A stretch of DNA of 64,000 nt from NCBI GenBank assembly GCA_038087875.1, contig CM076000.1:992001-1056000 (forward strand), given 5' to 3'. The position numbers and the translations under genes were made by a program. Under the pieces are notes generated by a model. The model searched no databases. It saw only the letters and a list, made by a program, of their open reading frames with translations, and was not told the origin of the DNA. Positions 1-12,657 of the stretch are shown piece after piece. Position 1 is the first letter of the stretch. Each line of letters opens with the position of its first letter. The stretch is from Malacoraja senta. Taxonomy: Eukaryota.

Positions 1-1286
1 TCACATTTGATTCGTGGCATTTCTGTGTGGCAGGATCGCATGAGCGCTTGTACTGTAATTTATTAATAGTAAAACAGCTTTCATGGCTAAATTCTGAATT
101 GTATTAAAGTTTGGACACGCTAGATTATTCGTAGCGCTGTAAAGAGGGACCTAAGCTGATCGTTGTACCACACAAGACGTTAATGCTTGATATTGAAAGT
201 CCCATCCGTGCTCAGATCCAATCCCATGTGCAAATATTTTGGGACTTTAATTCGGAAAACTGTTTAAATATGAAAATTCGTTGAGGCAATGATTGTAGAT
301 GTTATAAGTCAGATAGAAACGAGCTTGGAATGGATTGGAAAGCAGAAGGATGCGAGGTTTTTCCATCAATCCAAAGTACATTATATCCGTGTTTAAACGA
401 TTAGGGTTTCCCTTTTTAAGGGTTGTGCCGTCTGCTTTATAGATCTGACCCGTCAAATTGCGGGAGGTTATGAGAACGTGACGAAACCTCTGGGCGAGTG
501 TAATATTTCCTGGATTCATAGAGTTATGCAGCAACAGCCGCTTTACACAACTCGTCCGTGCCGTCCCGTCCCAGATGCCTATCTATGCTCGTCCAATTTT
601 CCTCCGTTTGGCCCATTCTTTCGAAATCTATCCTACACATGTGCTGGAAAAATGTATTTTATACACGACTATTGTGGCTGATTCCACTGCCTCCTCTGCC
701 AGCTGGTCCCATAAACCTGCCACCCGTGTGGAAAACCCTGTTTCCCTCAGGTTCCCTTTAAACCTTTTCCCTTATTACAGTAGTCTAAGATAAGTGCTAC
801 TAATTTTAAAGCTATGATAGTTGTCATAAACTATGTTCATAACTTATTATAACAGCTTTGCATTAAATGTAATATGAAACTATGCAAATACTGGTTATAT
901 GCTTCCATCGGAATTGCTCATAATTAGTTATTTATGAAAGTGCCTCTGAAGGCATTGAAGGTCTGAAGAAGGGTCTCAACCCAAAACACCACCTGTTCCT
1001 TCTCTCCAGAGATGCTGCCTGCCCTGTTGAGTAACTCCATAATTTTGTGTCTATCTTTGGTGAGGGCTTTGTAACTGGACTAGGTGAAAATGGGTAAGAT
1101 ATTGGACAAAAGTCGTAACTTAACTTTGAGTTACTGCTGTTAACGAAATGGCAAAGAAATGCCGGACCATTGTGTTACACATCCCTATCTATTTAACCAC
1201 ATAAATAGTTTCCAGCCCTCTATCAATTACTCAGATTACTAAACAAGCTAGTTTCACTATTATGCATCAGTCATGGGACCAGTGTG

Positions 1287-1351
1287 ATGAAACATTATTC
1301 ACCAAATATACATTGTACCATCTTGTGTACAAACAAAGAAATTAGATGTGG
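1287..1351 (+). other. Candidate NMS exon 1 (signal peptide), one base out of phase
   Basis: ATG-MKHYSPNIHCTILCTNKEIRC followed by a strong GTAAGT donor at 1352, with TATA-like ATAAATA at 1201. It ends in phase 2 whereas exon 2 needs phase 1, and it is only weakly hydrophobic. Confidence 0.35.
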
Positions 1352-2879
1352 GTAAGTGGATTGTTGTGGTGGAGTTACCAACTTCTGAAGAGTTTCTCAA
1401 TCATTTGTTCCACTCAGTAGATTAAAACAAGTTTTTCAAGTAGTTATTTTGTGTACAATTATTATGACATAGGAAGATATAATAAATGAGCACATTTCCC
1501 TCATTTTAATAATAAATTTGGAAATGATTTTAAACAAATGTTCCCCATTTTTTAACCTCCACCTTTTCACTAAAATGATCATGATATTCTGTTGTTGAAG
1601 CTATTGGGTACATGCATCTTGTTGGAAACAAATCGGGAATGCTCATGCCCTGAAGGCATTAATGATGTGGCCTTTTTAAAGTTTTCATTGCTAATCGTGA
1701 ATGTGTAGGTGACTTCCTCAATGGAAATGTACCCATTTAATACCATTGTAGTTTAAGGATGCTAGAGTTAATATAATGTTCCCAATGTAACCAATTTAGT
1801 GTCAAATTTTCCTAGTAATAAAACTCTCTTCAGAGTTAGTAGTTTTGGGTTCAAGACCAAATCAGGATTTTAACACTTTAATGAAGATCTACATTGTTGG
1901 TGAAGTGCATGCCTGTTAGATATAACATAGAACACTACAAACCCTTCGGCCAGTGTCCATGCCGAACATGATGCCAAGTTAACCTAATCTTCTTGCTTGC
2001 ACATGATCTATGTGTCTCCATTCATACATATCCATGTGCCTATCTGAAAGTCTCTAAAATGCCACTATTGTATCTAAGAAATCTGTGATTTCAAAGTGAT
2101 TTATTTATTTCTTGCAGAAATATCCACATTTATTTAGTTACTTAAACTATCCAACTGCTCTGCAGGGCTTTGAACTCTCATCTCTGCATCCACACTTTTT
2201 AATGCTATTGAGTAACCACTATGCTACTGTCCCTAAAGATTCTTGCAATACCAACATCTTGCACCCCAAACATTCTAAATATATGTATGAAGTCCATGTT
2301 TCCTGCAATGTTCATTGTCAACAGACTTCCACTGGGAAAAAAACTGGGTTCCACTGAAGTCTGACATTCTGAATCTCCTGAAGATAAAGAAAACTATTTT
2401 AAATTACCGACCATACAAAATGGCCCAAATAAAATAGGTACACAAGAAAGTCACTAAGTAGTTTCAAGTAGGTGATTCTTGATTATCATTGTTGCTTATG
2501 TAAAATGGAATAGGGATAGCCCCATCGCTCCCTTCTCTCCAAGTAACTTTCAACAATCTTTTCTCTCTTGCCCAGATCTGAGGAGAGGTCTTCAATTGGA
2601 AACGTTAACTCTGTTTCTTTTTCCACATATGCTGCCTGCCCTGCAGAATATTTCCATTATTTTCTATTTTTGATTCAATAGAACCATGGCTGATCCTGTA
2701 CCTCAAATCCATTTTGAAACCTGATCCCCAAATCATTAGATTTTTTAAATATCCAAAATCCTATTGGTCTCGCCCTAGAATATAGTCTCACTTCCTCACC
2801 ATATTTTCCCCAAAGGTTCCCAGCCTCATTTACCTGGAACCTGTCGACATTTATTGCAGTTTCAAATTGAATTAATTGA

Positions 2880-3215
2880 AATATACAGCACAGAAATAGG
2901 CCCTTTTACCCAATGAATCCACACTTGTTATCTAGTGAACAATGATCTAGTGATCTATGATATCTCACTGGATATCATAGTGTGGTATCTATGATATCTC
3001 ACTTTTGCATCCACTCCCTACACATTAGGGGCAACTTAAAGAGGCCAATTAACCTACAAACACGCACGTCTGTGGGATTAAACCAAACCACCTAGAGGAA
3101 ATCTAGGTGGTCGCAGGGAGAATATGTAAACTCCACAGGGACAGCACCTGAGGTTAGGATCTATGCTGTTTCCTCATGCTGTGAGGCAGTGGCTCTACCA
3201 GAGAGCTGTGCTGCC
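2880..3215 (-). mobile_element. tRNA-derived V-SINE
   Basis: Reverse complement of the V-domain core and tRNA-like head. Confidence 0.7.
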
Positions 3216-3379
3216 TGAATGAAAGCTTTTGGTTATTTATGAGGTATCTTTGACTTCTAATAATTTATTTCATGATGGTTACTCACTGACATCCACGTTT
3301 CCATATATTGTTGTATTTTAATGTTAATGCACGTTCTTTAGTGATATGCATCTGTCATTCTTATTTCTCCTGCTGACAG

Positions 3380-3438
3380 GATCCCCACATCATCACTTTC
3401 AAGATTATTCTGACGAATGGGATAATAACAGTGCAGAG
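3380..3438 (+). CDS. NMS: NMS exon (G)SPHHHFQDYSDEWDNNSAE
   Basis: tgacag| ... |gtaata; phase 1 start; positionally equivalent to mammalian NMS exon 2. Confidence 0.8.
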
Positions 3439-6400
3439 GTAATATTGATGACTTAAGTTAATGTTTAGTGGATGTTAGATTTGATATTGCCTCACTTCAC
3501 CAATAAATTACACTCTCCAGGGCTGTGCAATGTAATTTAAATGTACTTGTGGTTTTGATTTCTCCTCTGCAGAATTTGGCTTTGTGTCTCACTCACTTGA
3601 GAGCACTTCAGATACAGCCTCAGGTAAAATAACAATCTTAACTTTATCTCTTGAAGACATAGATGAGAAGTTAATTATTTTGTTTAATCGATGAGCTGTT
3701 TGTTGGTGAATTCTTCCAGGCAGAAATTGCAGTACAATAAGGACATTTTGTTTCTCATCATTAATCTCTCGCTTTATCTCAGGGTTTTATAGATACCATG
3801 TTTCCTCTCCTTTTCTGTGCATTCTGAGATGGCTGACAAAGCCACTGTAGGTTCCACAAACATTTCCAGTAAGGGAAGGGTTGCTTGATAGGGTAGGTGT
3901 GCAGTAGTTTGAAAAGTGATGTGTTATTTCCTTCATTTATGCTGAGCTTGTGGGCGCACTCAAAGAATCTCAAAGTCTTGAGATTTCAATGCTATTCTAA
4001 ATACAATAATGGGTAGGAATCTCAGGAGATGGTTCAGTTTCAGACTCTTTTCAACAATGTGTTCAGAATAACCTTTAATTATTTCCTCTATTCTCTGGTA
4101 TTCTTACCTTGATGTAGGTCAGAACAGCTAACTTGGGATTCTGGTATTGAGAATGCAAACAATGCAGTCTGTCGACTGGAGGTGATCGATTGAAATTAGG
4201 GGCCCGAACTTGAGATATTAGCCTGAGAAAAGACCCAGACGTTGGTTCAGTTTTCCTATGAATGGATTTGGAGGATTTTGTGGAGATGGGATTAGTAGTA
4301 TCTCTCCAGAGCATTGAGATGCTCTGAGTCTGTAGTCCATGGTTCAAAGGATGAGCTTTGTACTAGGCTCGAGGTCCTGAACTTTAAATACTATTTTACT
4401 CATTCGGCCAAGGTTGCACAAGACTGACAACAATTTTTGTTTTTCTTTGACAACACCATGGTCAAAACGTCTTCTGATGCTTACTGCCTTTTACCGCATC
4501 TATCATAATGGCCACTTGGGAAAAGTAAGGAATTGCTGCTGGATGTCAGAAAATTAAATTCTCCTCCAAAACCATTGATCCAAGACCTCCACTAAGGAGA
4601 CTATATAATTCACTATATAGGAATTGGGCCTTGCTGATCCAGCCAACATTTATTGGCCATCACTGACTGCCCTTGAAGTTGTGGTCTGCTGTCTTCTTCG
4701 ACCATTGCAGTCCTTCTGGTGAAATTATCCCACTTTGTTGTGTAGTAGGCAGTTATAAGATTTAGACGCAACAATGATGAAGGATTCACATTAAACTTTG
4801 TGATATGGATGCACTGTTCAATGTGCCAGCTGTTCTTCTTTTTTCACGCTGGTGGTCATGGGTTCAGGAGGTACTGTTAGAGTAACCCACACAAGGAATT
4901 GCAGTGCATTTCACATTTTGTAGATGGAAAACACTGGAAGCAATGATGAAGGGAATGAATATTTAGTGTGGCAAATGAGGTGTCAATCAAGCTGATTGCT
5001 TTATGATATCAAACCTTGTTTGGACTGTACTTAGGATGATAATTAGAGACCATTCCATCATACTCTTGACTTATGCTTTGTAGGTGGTAGAAAGTCTTTG
5101 GGGAAGTCAGGAAGTTAGTGGCACACTGCTGGACACATTATATCTTGCCTTCTCTTGTGGCGAATGGTTTAATGTGAATGGTCCTTTGAGTTTGAGGTCA
5201 GTCGCCAGGATGTGGGGTCTTTGGTGATGGTAATCTCAAGGGCTGGTGATCGGACACTCTCCTGTTGGAGAAGGTGATTGCCTGGCTCTTGTGTTACTCA
5301 AATGTTACCTGCCTCTATTCAACCCAACCTGGTTGTTGTCTAGCTCTTGCTGCATATGGGCATTGACTACTTCATATTCTGAGGAGCTACAAATCAAGAA
5401 AACTGAATGTACTACATGGCATTATAATGTAAGAAAGGTACTTGATAAAGTGCCTTAAGATACTTGAACCACAGATAACTAGTCTGAGGATCACCTGTAG
5501 AGATGTCCTGTGGCTTGGACGATTGACCTCTGACAACTGTGCGAGGTATGACACCAGCCACTGCAGTGTTTTCCCTTTGATGTCCATTGACCAGTTTTTA
5601 CCAGGGCAACCAACACTTAGTCAAATTCTGTCTCGATCTCGCAAACAATCACAATGGAATTCAGACTGAAAAAAGACCCTGACCCGAAATGTCACCGATC
5701 CATGTTCTCCAGGGATGCTGCCTGACCTGCTGAGTTACTCCAGCAATTTGTGTTCTTTTGTGTATTAATCAGCATCTTTTTCTTATGTAAACCAGCATCT
5801 GCAGTTCATTGTTTAGACAATGGAATTGCGTTTTGTTGTATGTTTGCATCAAGCCTGTAATGAGGCTTGGTACTAAATTGTCATACAAATTTAAGGTTAT
5901 TGGCAAGAACAAGATGATAACACTAACATCTACCAGCAATTAACTAGTGGACCTATGAGGTCTCTCCTGTTGGGGACGGTACAATTTCATCACAATTTTT
6001 AATTAAGCAGTAACTCATTGGAGTTAGCATTAATTTAATAATGTCACTTAGAAATGGCAAGGTGCTGACAAAATTCAAAATGGTTTGATGATCAGTGACA
6101 CTTGAAGTGTATAGTTTGGACAGAGCAAAGAAAGCTTTTCTCTTATTCTGATGCTGTTGCTGGATCCTCCAGATATTAACAATTCTTTCCACGAACGTGC
6201 AGCACCAAAGGATGACAAAAAGTGCTGCAGTAACTCAATGGGTCAGGCAGCATCCTTGTAGAACATCGATAAAGGATGCTTTGGGTTGCGATATTTCGGC
6301 TGAGTCCCAACATGAAAAGTTACCTACCCATGTTCTTCAGCGATGCTGCCTGACCCACTGAGTTGCTCCAGCACTTTTTTTGTAAACCAGCATCTGCAGT

Positions 6401-8344
6401 TCCTTGTTTCTTCATCACTAAAAGATACTAGGTCTCGGCTATTAGATATATCTCCTTTGATCAGCAAGAGCTTGTATCTTGAGAAGGAAGGAGAAGGAAA
6501 GGATATTTAATTGATCTGTTTTATCCTGAAATCAAAGATGATTTATGTCCTTCAGTTATAAATGGCAGTGATGCACCACAAGAGATATCCAAATAGGCAG
6601 CATTTGAGGTAAAAGAGGTGAGAGACCACAAAACCAAGATGACATTGGAACAGTAGAATTTCCATAATGAGTTTGTTAATTGGGAATGTTTATTTCCATT
6701 TTCAGATGACTAAATTTGTTATGGACTTTTGCAATGCCATCCGACAAAATGTGCCTAGAACTGGGGTGAGTATTTGGCATTAATCCCCCTGAAATAATTT
6801 CAATCGTTTTTTTTCTTACTAGTTTTCATTAAATATAAAAGTCACATAAATGTTACTGTTAATTATTTACTTACTCAACATTACATTGTTTTATTCTCTA
6901 GAGTGATGATAATGAGGCCATGTATAAAAGAGTAAGTATACTTACTTATTTAAAGATTAAAATAATGAAAATTGTATGTATCGCTGAATATTATTAAAAT
7001 CTTGTTTTTCTTTGATGCAGTTTTTATTTCATTACTCCAAAACACAAAGTCCACATCTGAAAAACACGGTAACTATTTTCAGTTAAAATGAAACAATTGC
7101 AGTATTTAAATATGTCTTATTATGAATATTATCCCGGTATCAGTTTTCTGGTTTAATCAATAGGTTTTTGGAGTCATATAGCATGGACCATTGGCGCCCC
7201 TCATCCATGCTGACCAAGATGTCCATCTGTCTCTGACTACAATCTATCTCTGTCCCGCCCACTCTCCTGACATCAGTCTGAAGAAGGGTCTCATCCTGAA
7301 ATGTCATCCATTCCTTCTCTCCAGAGATGCTGCCCGTCCCGCTGAGTTACTCCAGCATTTTGTGTCTACTGTCCATCTATGCTACTCTCATTTGCCTGCG
7401 CTTGACCCATATCCTTTCCTATCCATCCATCTGTCCAAATGTTCCTTAAATGTTGCTATTGTAATTGGTTAAAACACTTCCTCTGGCAGCTTATACATAG
7501 CACCCTCTGTGTAAAAAAAGTTGCCCTTCAAGTTCCTATGAAATGTTTTCCCTCTCATCTTAAACTTATGTCCTCTAGTTCTTGATTCCCTAACACTGGC
7601 CGGGGGGGGGGGGGGGGGGGGGGGGGAGCTGTGGACAACAAGGCCCCTCATGATTTTTACATTTTATACATTTGCAAGATGTTTGGATAGGCATAAGGGC
7701 AAGAAAGATTGAGAGGTATATGGCAAGCAGGTGTGGCTGGTGTAGATGAGGTATCTTGGATGGCATGGGGAAGTTGAGGTGAAGGGCCATTTTCTGTGCT
7801 GTACAAATCTATGACTCTATCACTATAAGATCACTCCTCAGTCTGCTATGTTCCAAGAAATAAATTCCTAGCCGGCCAAACCTCTCCATATTTATTCAGT
7901 GCCTTGAGGCTTCTTCTGGAAGGTATTAAATGATTTCACTTTCTAGTGCAAGTTTATAATCAGTATTAAAGAACTGTATTCTAAATCCTTAAGAAACAAA
8001 TTAGCTTAAAGAGGTTTATATATATTTTCCCCAATATCCGAAAGTTAAAATATTTAAATACAAGAGTGGAGTTTAGATTTAAGTAAGAGTTGGATTTCAA
8101 TAGAATATTTTAGAGAATCTATTGTTGGGATAACTATGTCCAGAGATTTATTGTCTGATCAAAATAGTCCTAACATTAGCACTGGTATTTGTACCATAGT
8201 AATAGTACTGGTACTATTTTGATTGTGTTAATCTATTGATATTTTCTGTTTTTTTCTTTTTGGATGTAGCTATCTGCCGTGCATCCCTTACTGCACCTTG
8301 CACCAAAACTTTCGGAAAGAAGAATGGATAGAACTCTTTATTCA
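3380..8344 (+). CDS. NMS: Neuromedin S precursor, intact coding exons (pro-region plus NSRP); signal-peptide exon uncertain, mature-peptide exons decayed
   Basis: Six exons with canonical AG/GT and consistent phase: 3380-3438, 3573-3623, 6706-6765, 6902-6931, 7021-7068, 8270-8344. Translation: (G)SPHHHFQDYSDEWDNNSAE|NLALCLTHLRALQIQPQ|MTKFVMDFCNAIRQNVPRTG|SDDNEAMYKR|FLFHYSKTQSPHLKNT|LSAVHPLLHLAPKLSERRMDRTLYS. KR-FLFHYS...VHPL is the NMU/NMS precursor hallmark, and position directly upstream of PDCL3 indicates NMS. Confidence 0.88.
3573..3623 (+). CDS. NMS: NMS exon NLALCLTHLRALQIQPQ
   Basis: ctgcag| ... |gtaaaa; 51 nt; resembles mammalian QLAYCLSQWAPLSRQPK. Confidence 0.85.
4620..5620 (-). 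mobile_element. Old LINE fragment (CR1/L2-group, family uncertain)
   Basis: Degraded sequence beginning catttattggccatcactgactgcccttgaag, resembling a common chondrichthyan LINE 3' end; related piece at ~37270-37560. Confidence 0.5.
5662..5816 (+). mobile_element. Short Penelope 3' cassette
   Basis: 11-bp TSD ACAATGGAATT; gacccgaaa...gatgctgcctgacctgctgagttactccagca. Confidence 0.75.
6706..6765 (+). CDS. NMS: NMS exon MTKFVMDFCNAIRQNVPRTG
   Basis: tttcag| ... |gtgagt; 60 nt, phase 0. Confidence 0.75.
6902..6931 (+). CDS. NMS: NMS exon SDDNEAMYKR (KR cleavage site before NSRP)
   Basis: ctctag| ... |gtaagt; 30 nt; resembles DNQDIYKR. Confidence 0.85.
7021..7068 (+). CDS. NMS: NMS exon FLFHYSKTQSPHLKNT (NSRP N-terminal half)
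   Basis: atgcag| ... |gtaact; FLFHYS[KR]TQ motif. Confidence 0.92.
7170..7910 (-). mobile_element. CR1 3' fragments, including an inverted piece
   Basis: ESRTRGHKFK...NFF motif and CR1 tail sequence. Confidence 0.7.
7229..7369 (+). mobile_element. Short Penelope 3' cassette inserted in CR1
   Basis: 9-bp TSD TGTCCATCT; ctgaagaagggtctc...gaaatgtc core. Confidence 0.75.
8270..8344 (+). CDS. NMS: NMS exon LSAVHPLLHLAPKLSERRMDRTLYS (NSRP C-terminal half)
   Basis: atgtag| ... |gtatgc; VHPLLHLAPKL followed by an RR site. Confidence 0.9.
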
Positions 8345-8924
8345 GTATGCATTTTTTCCTTCCTTACTTTTGTAAACTTCATTTTACATGCCTTGACTTT
8401 GTTTGCCCAAATCTGCAGTATATAAATTTTGTCACCTGGCTTTTTAATAACAACATAAGCATTAACTTTGCAACAAAGCTATGTTGTATTAATCATGAAT
8501 GAGATCAGTCTGATTTGACAATGGAATAGGAGCACATTTTTGAGTGATGTTCAAAATCAGAATAGTGATTGAATGTGAGTAATCTCAATTTTGACTTTAA
8601 ATTACAAACGGGATAGTGCTTATGAAATCAAATATAAAATAAGAAAATGCAGTGCAAATCAAACCAACTATAAAATGTTGTATTCTTGAACTACAAAAGA
8701 TATTCAGAATAGTCTGAAGAAGGGTCCTGATCCAAAATGTCATTCATCCATTCCCTTCATAGATTGAGTTATTTCCTGTTTTCTTTACATTCTTCATAGA
8801 CCTTGACTGGTTTTCATGTTTCTAAAATTTACAAATGCTTCCTTTTTACATTGTACCCAAATTTACAATTTCTCCTCATCCAAAATTCTGTTCCCTAACC
8901 TTACCGTACGTCCATTCTATTTAC

Positions 8925-10945
8925 ATAGGCATACAGGCCCTTTGGCCTAACTTGTCCATGCTGACCAAAACACCCCATCTAAGCTAGTTCCATTTGCCTG
9001 CGTTTGGTGCATATCCCTCTCAAAACTTTCCTATCCTTGCACCTGTCCAGGTGTCCTTTAAATGCTGTTATATTACTGCCTCAACTACCCCCTCGGCCAG
9101 CTTGTGCCAGATACTAACCACCCTCTGAGTGAAAAAGTTGCCCTCAGGTTTGTATTAAATCTTATCCTTGTCACCATAAACATATGGCCTCAAGCTTTTG
9201 ATTCCCCCACCCTGCGTAAAAGACTGTGAATTCACCCTATCTATTCCCCTTGTGATTTTATGCACCTCTCAAAGATCACAGCCTCCTGCGCTCCAAGGAA
9301 TAAAATCCTTAGCCAGCCCATCCTCGTTCTATAGCTCAGCCGCTCATGTCCTTGCAACATCCTCGTAAATCTTCTCTGCACTCTTTCCAGCTCAATGACA
9401 TCCTTCCTATGGCAGGGTGACCAAAACTGAACACAATACCCCAAGTGTGGCCTCAACAATGTCTTGTACAACTGTAACATAATGTCCTAATGACTATACT
9501 CAGTACTCTGACTGATGAAGGCCAATGTACCAAAAGTGTTCTTGACCACCCTATCAACCTGTAATACCACTTTCAGGGGACTATGTATCTGTACTCCTAG
9601 AACCCTCCGCTCTACAGCACATCCCAGGGTCCTACCATTCACTCTAAAACCCTTTCCTGATTTGACCTCCTAAAATGCAACATCTCACACTTATCTGCAT
9701 TAAACTCCATTTGCCATTTCACAGCCCACTTGCCCAGTTGATCAAGAGCCTGCTTTATCTTTTGATAGCCATCTTCCCTCTCTCCGATACTACCTGCCTT
9801 AGTGTTATCTGCAAACTTACTAATCATACCTTGTACATTTTCAACCAAATTAATATAAATCACAAGCAGCAATGGACCCAGCACCGAACCCTGAGGCACA
9901 CCACTCCTGACCCTTCCACCATTACCCTCTGCTTCCTTTCATGAAGCCAATTCTGTATCCAATTAGCTAACTCTCCCTGGATCCCCTGCGATCTAACCTT
10001 CCAGAGCAGCCTACCTTATCAAAAGCCTTGCTTATCCATATGGACAATGTCTATGGCGTTGCCTTCATCAATGTTTTTGGTTATTTCTTCAAAAAGCTCA
10101 ATCAAATGCGTAAGACATGATCTTCCATGTGCAAAACCATGCTGACTAAATTTAATCAGTCCCTGTCTATCTGTATTCTGGTCCTGAACTCTGATTAGTT
10201 GGTCTTTAAACAACCCCCATATGTTTAATGTGTATTTATCAAATAAAAGCAGCTTTTAATTTACTCTCTCTAGCTCCTGCCTAATAATGTTATAATTAGT
10301 CCTCCCCCAATTTAGTACTTTCCCACAAAGTCCACACTTATTCTGATTCCTAAGTATCTTCAAACTTAAAGAGTTGTGATCACTGTTGCCAAAATGCTCT
10401 CCAATTGAAATACGTCACCTGGCCAGGGTCGTTTCCCAATACAAGGTCCTATACGTTCTGTCTTCTAGTTGTGCTATTCTCATACTCTTTCAAGAAACCC
10501 TCTTGGATGCACCTAACAAATTCTACCTGTTTCTCTATATCCTGCTTGCTGTTGGGAAGCCCATGGTATAATTCCATTAGAGTGATTGCACCTTTCTTAT
10601 TTTTAAATTCTACTTGTATTGACTCATTGGATGAACCCTCCAGTATGTCCTCTTTAAGTGCAGCTGTGAAATTCTCCTTGATTAATAATACAACTCCTCC
10701 ACCTCTTTTACCTCCATCTTTATCACATCTGAAACATTAAAATCCTGGAACATTGAGCTACCAGTTCTGTTCTTCTCGCAACCACGTCTCTGTTATGTTC
10801 ACAACATCATAGTTCCATAACTTTGAGTCTGAAGAAGGGTTTTGACCTATTCCTTTCCTCCAGAGATGCTGCCTGACCAACATTTTGTGTCTATCATAGT
10901 TCCATACAATGATCCAGGCTCTAAGCTGATCTGTTTTCCCCATAA
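8925..10945 (-). mobile_element. CR1 LINE, degraded ORF2
   Basis: YDVVNITETWL, QHGF...[36 protein letters not shown]. Confidence 0.9.
10820..10892 (+). mobile_element. Short Penelope 3' cassette inserted in CR1
   Basis: 14-bp TSD ATCATAGTTCCATA. Confidence 0.75.
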
Positions 10946-11931
10946 TTGCAGACAAAGATCCTCTCAGATGCTAATAAAAAGAATCTTTACCGACAAGACC
11001 TTATTCTCTCAGCTTTGACGATATTTAAAAAACAATTTTTAATTTACCTGTCCACCCCTCGCATCTCTCTCTCTTTCTCTTGTATATCCTCTGTCCCTCT
11101 TTATTTTGTACAATGTATATTATTTGTCACTGAAATAATTATTCCAACCAGCATTTGCAAGTTCAGACTCCATTTATGTATACTGTATGTTTTGTGTGTC
11201 ATCCATGTGCTTGTGATGTTGCTGCAAGCAAGATTGTCATTGTACTTGTACCTTGCCATACGTGCATATGACAAGAAACTTGACAGGACATGACTAGGGT
11301 AATTGTATCTCAACAAAAATCGGTGAATCAAGAATTGGACGGAGGTGTTAAATCTCAAACCTAGCTCCAGCTCATCATTACTCACCCGCTTACAAACAGA
11401 ATGAAAATGGGGTAGGGAAAAGATGGCCAAGCAATTTTCAGGGGATAATTTAGTAATTTAATTATTTTTATGTTTCTGTTGGGTGAATTGTGATTGAAGA
11501 TGTATATTGGCGATACTTGTTGGCCAGGAGGAACAGGAGTGTGCCATATACACTGCAGACCAATGGCCATTCCTACTCCCTACTGACCTCCAACCAAGTT
11601 ACACTATTGCCCAGATTCTCACAAAGGTTCAAAAAAGAATAGTCTCAATGCCCTGGGGCAAGAAGCCTTTCCCAATGTTCCAGTAGTAGTTCCAGTCCCT
11701 GAGCTGTATCCTTCTCCCAATAGAGAGCCAAGCCAGTTAATCAAACTGACTTTTTGATTGCTATTCTGCTTGTTAGTATATGCATACTGTGCTTTTAAAC
11801 TCCAGCGTTAATAATGAGTAACAATTATCACAGCAGCTGAGATATAAATCTATTTAACAGAAGATAGACACACTGGTCTGCCAAATGATAGGTGAATAAA
11901 TCAAACGAAACCTGCTGCGTTTTAGTTGTAA

Positions 11932-12657
11932 CTAGACCAAGTGCTCCACCAATGCACCCCTTCCCTACCCATAGCCTCCATGGGAGGCGTGGTCCACCAA
12001 CTGAAGCCGTTCCCGAACGTAAGATTCCAGCACACCCCTTGCCTCCCTCAGCAGTGATCTTTAAAAATAATTCCAATTGCACTTGCCCTGCGTGTTGCAA
12101 TAGCAATTAGCCCTCCTCCTGCTAGTCGAGCCATTGTGACGTCATCAGTTGAAGCTGGTCGGTTTGAAATTCAAGTTATTTTGATTTTTTAAAAACTTTA
12201 ATCAGTAATAAGTCGAGAATTAAAGCCAAAAATGTTCAGCCAAAGTGATCTCTGCCTCGAGGGGAAAGATGTGAATCAGAATATGTAAAAATCTTGTGAA
12301 AGTTGGCATTTTTAAGGCTTTAATTGCAAATAACGTGTCAAATATAGGATGAAATCTTCATTGATGCTGGTCTCTGCTAGCTGAGCCATTGCAACGTCAT
12401 CAGTTGAATCTGGTGGTTTTAATTTCAAAGTCTTTTGACTTTCTAAGACTTTTAACCAGTAATGAGTCAAGAATAAGTCGAGAAATAAAGCATAAAATGT
12501 TCAGATAAGGTGCTCCCAGCCTTGACGGGAAAAATGTCAATCGGAATATGTAAAAATGTAATCGTTACCGCGTAGTGTTTTTGCGAAGATGTAAAGACAA
12601 CAACATATACACACACATATACACATGTACAAGATCAGACCTTTACTAAGTATATGA
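11932..12657 (-). mobile_element. Non-autonomous Helitron-like element
   Basis: On the minus strand: A|TC start, (TG)n-like tract near the 5' end, CTAG|T end, no TSD; internal direct duplication at ~12118-12300 and ~12374-12560. Confidence 0.6.

Noticed and set aside
7602..7626. Long G runs (also ~49351-49373) as G-quadruplex elements
   Set aside because: Homopolymers inside repeats with unreliable length; no sign of function.
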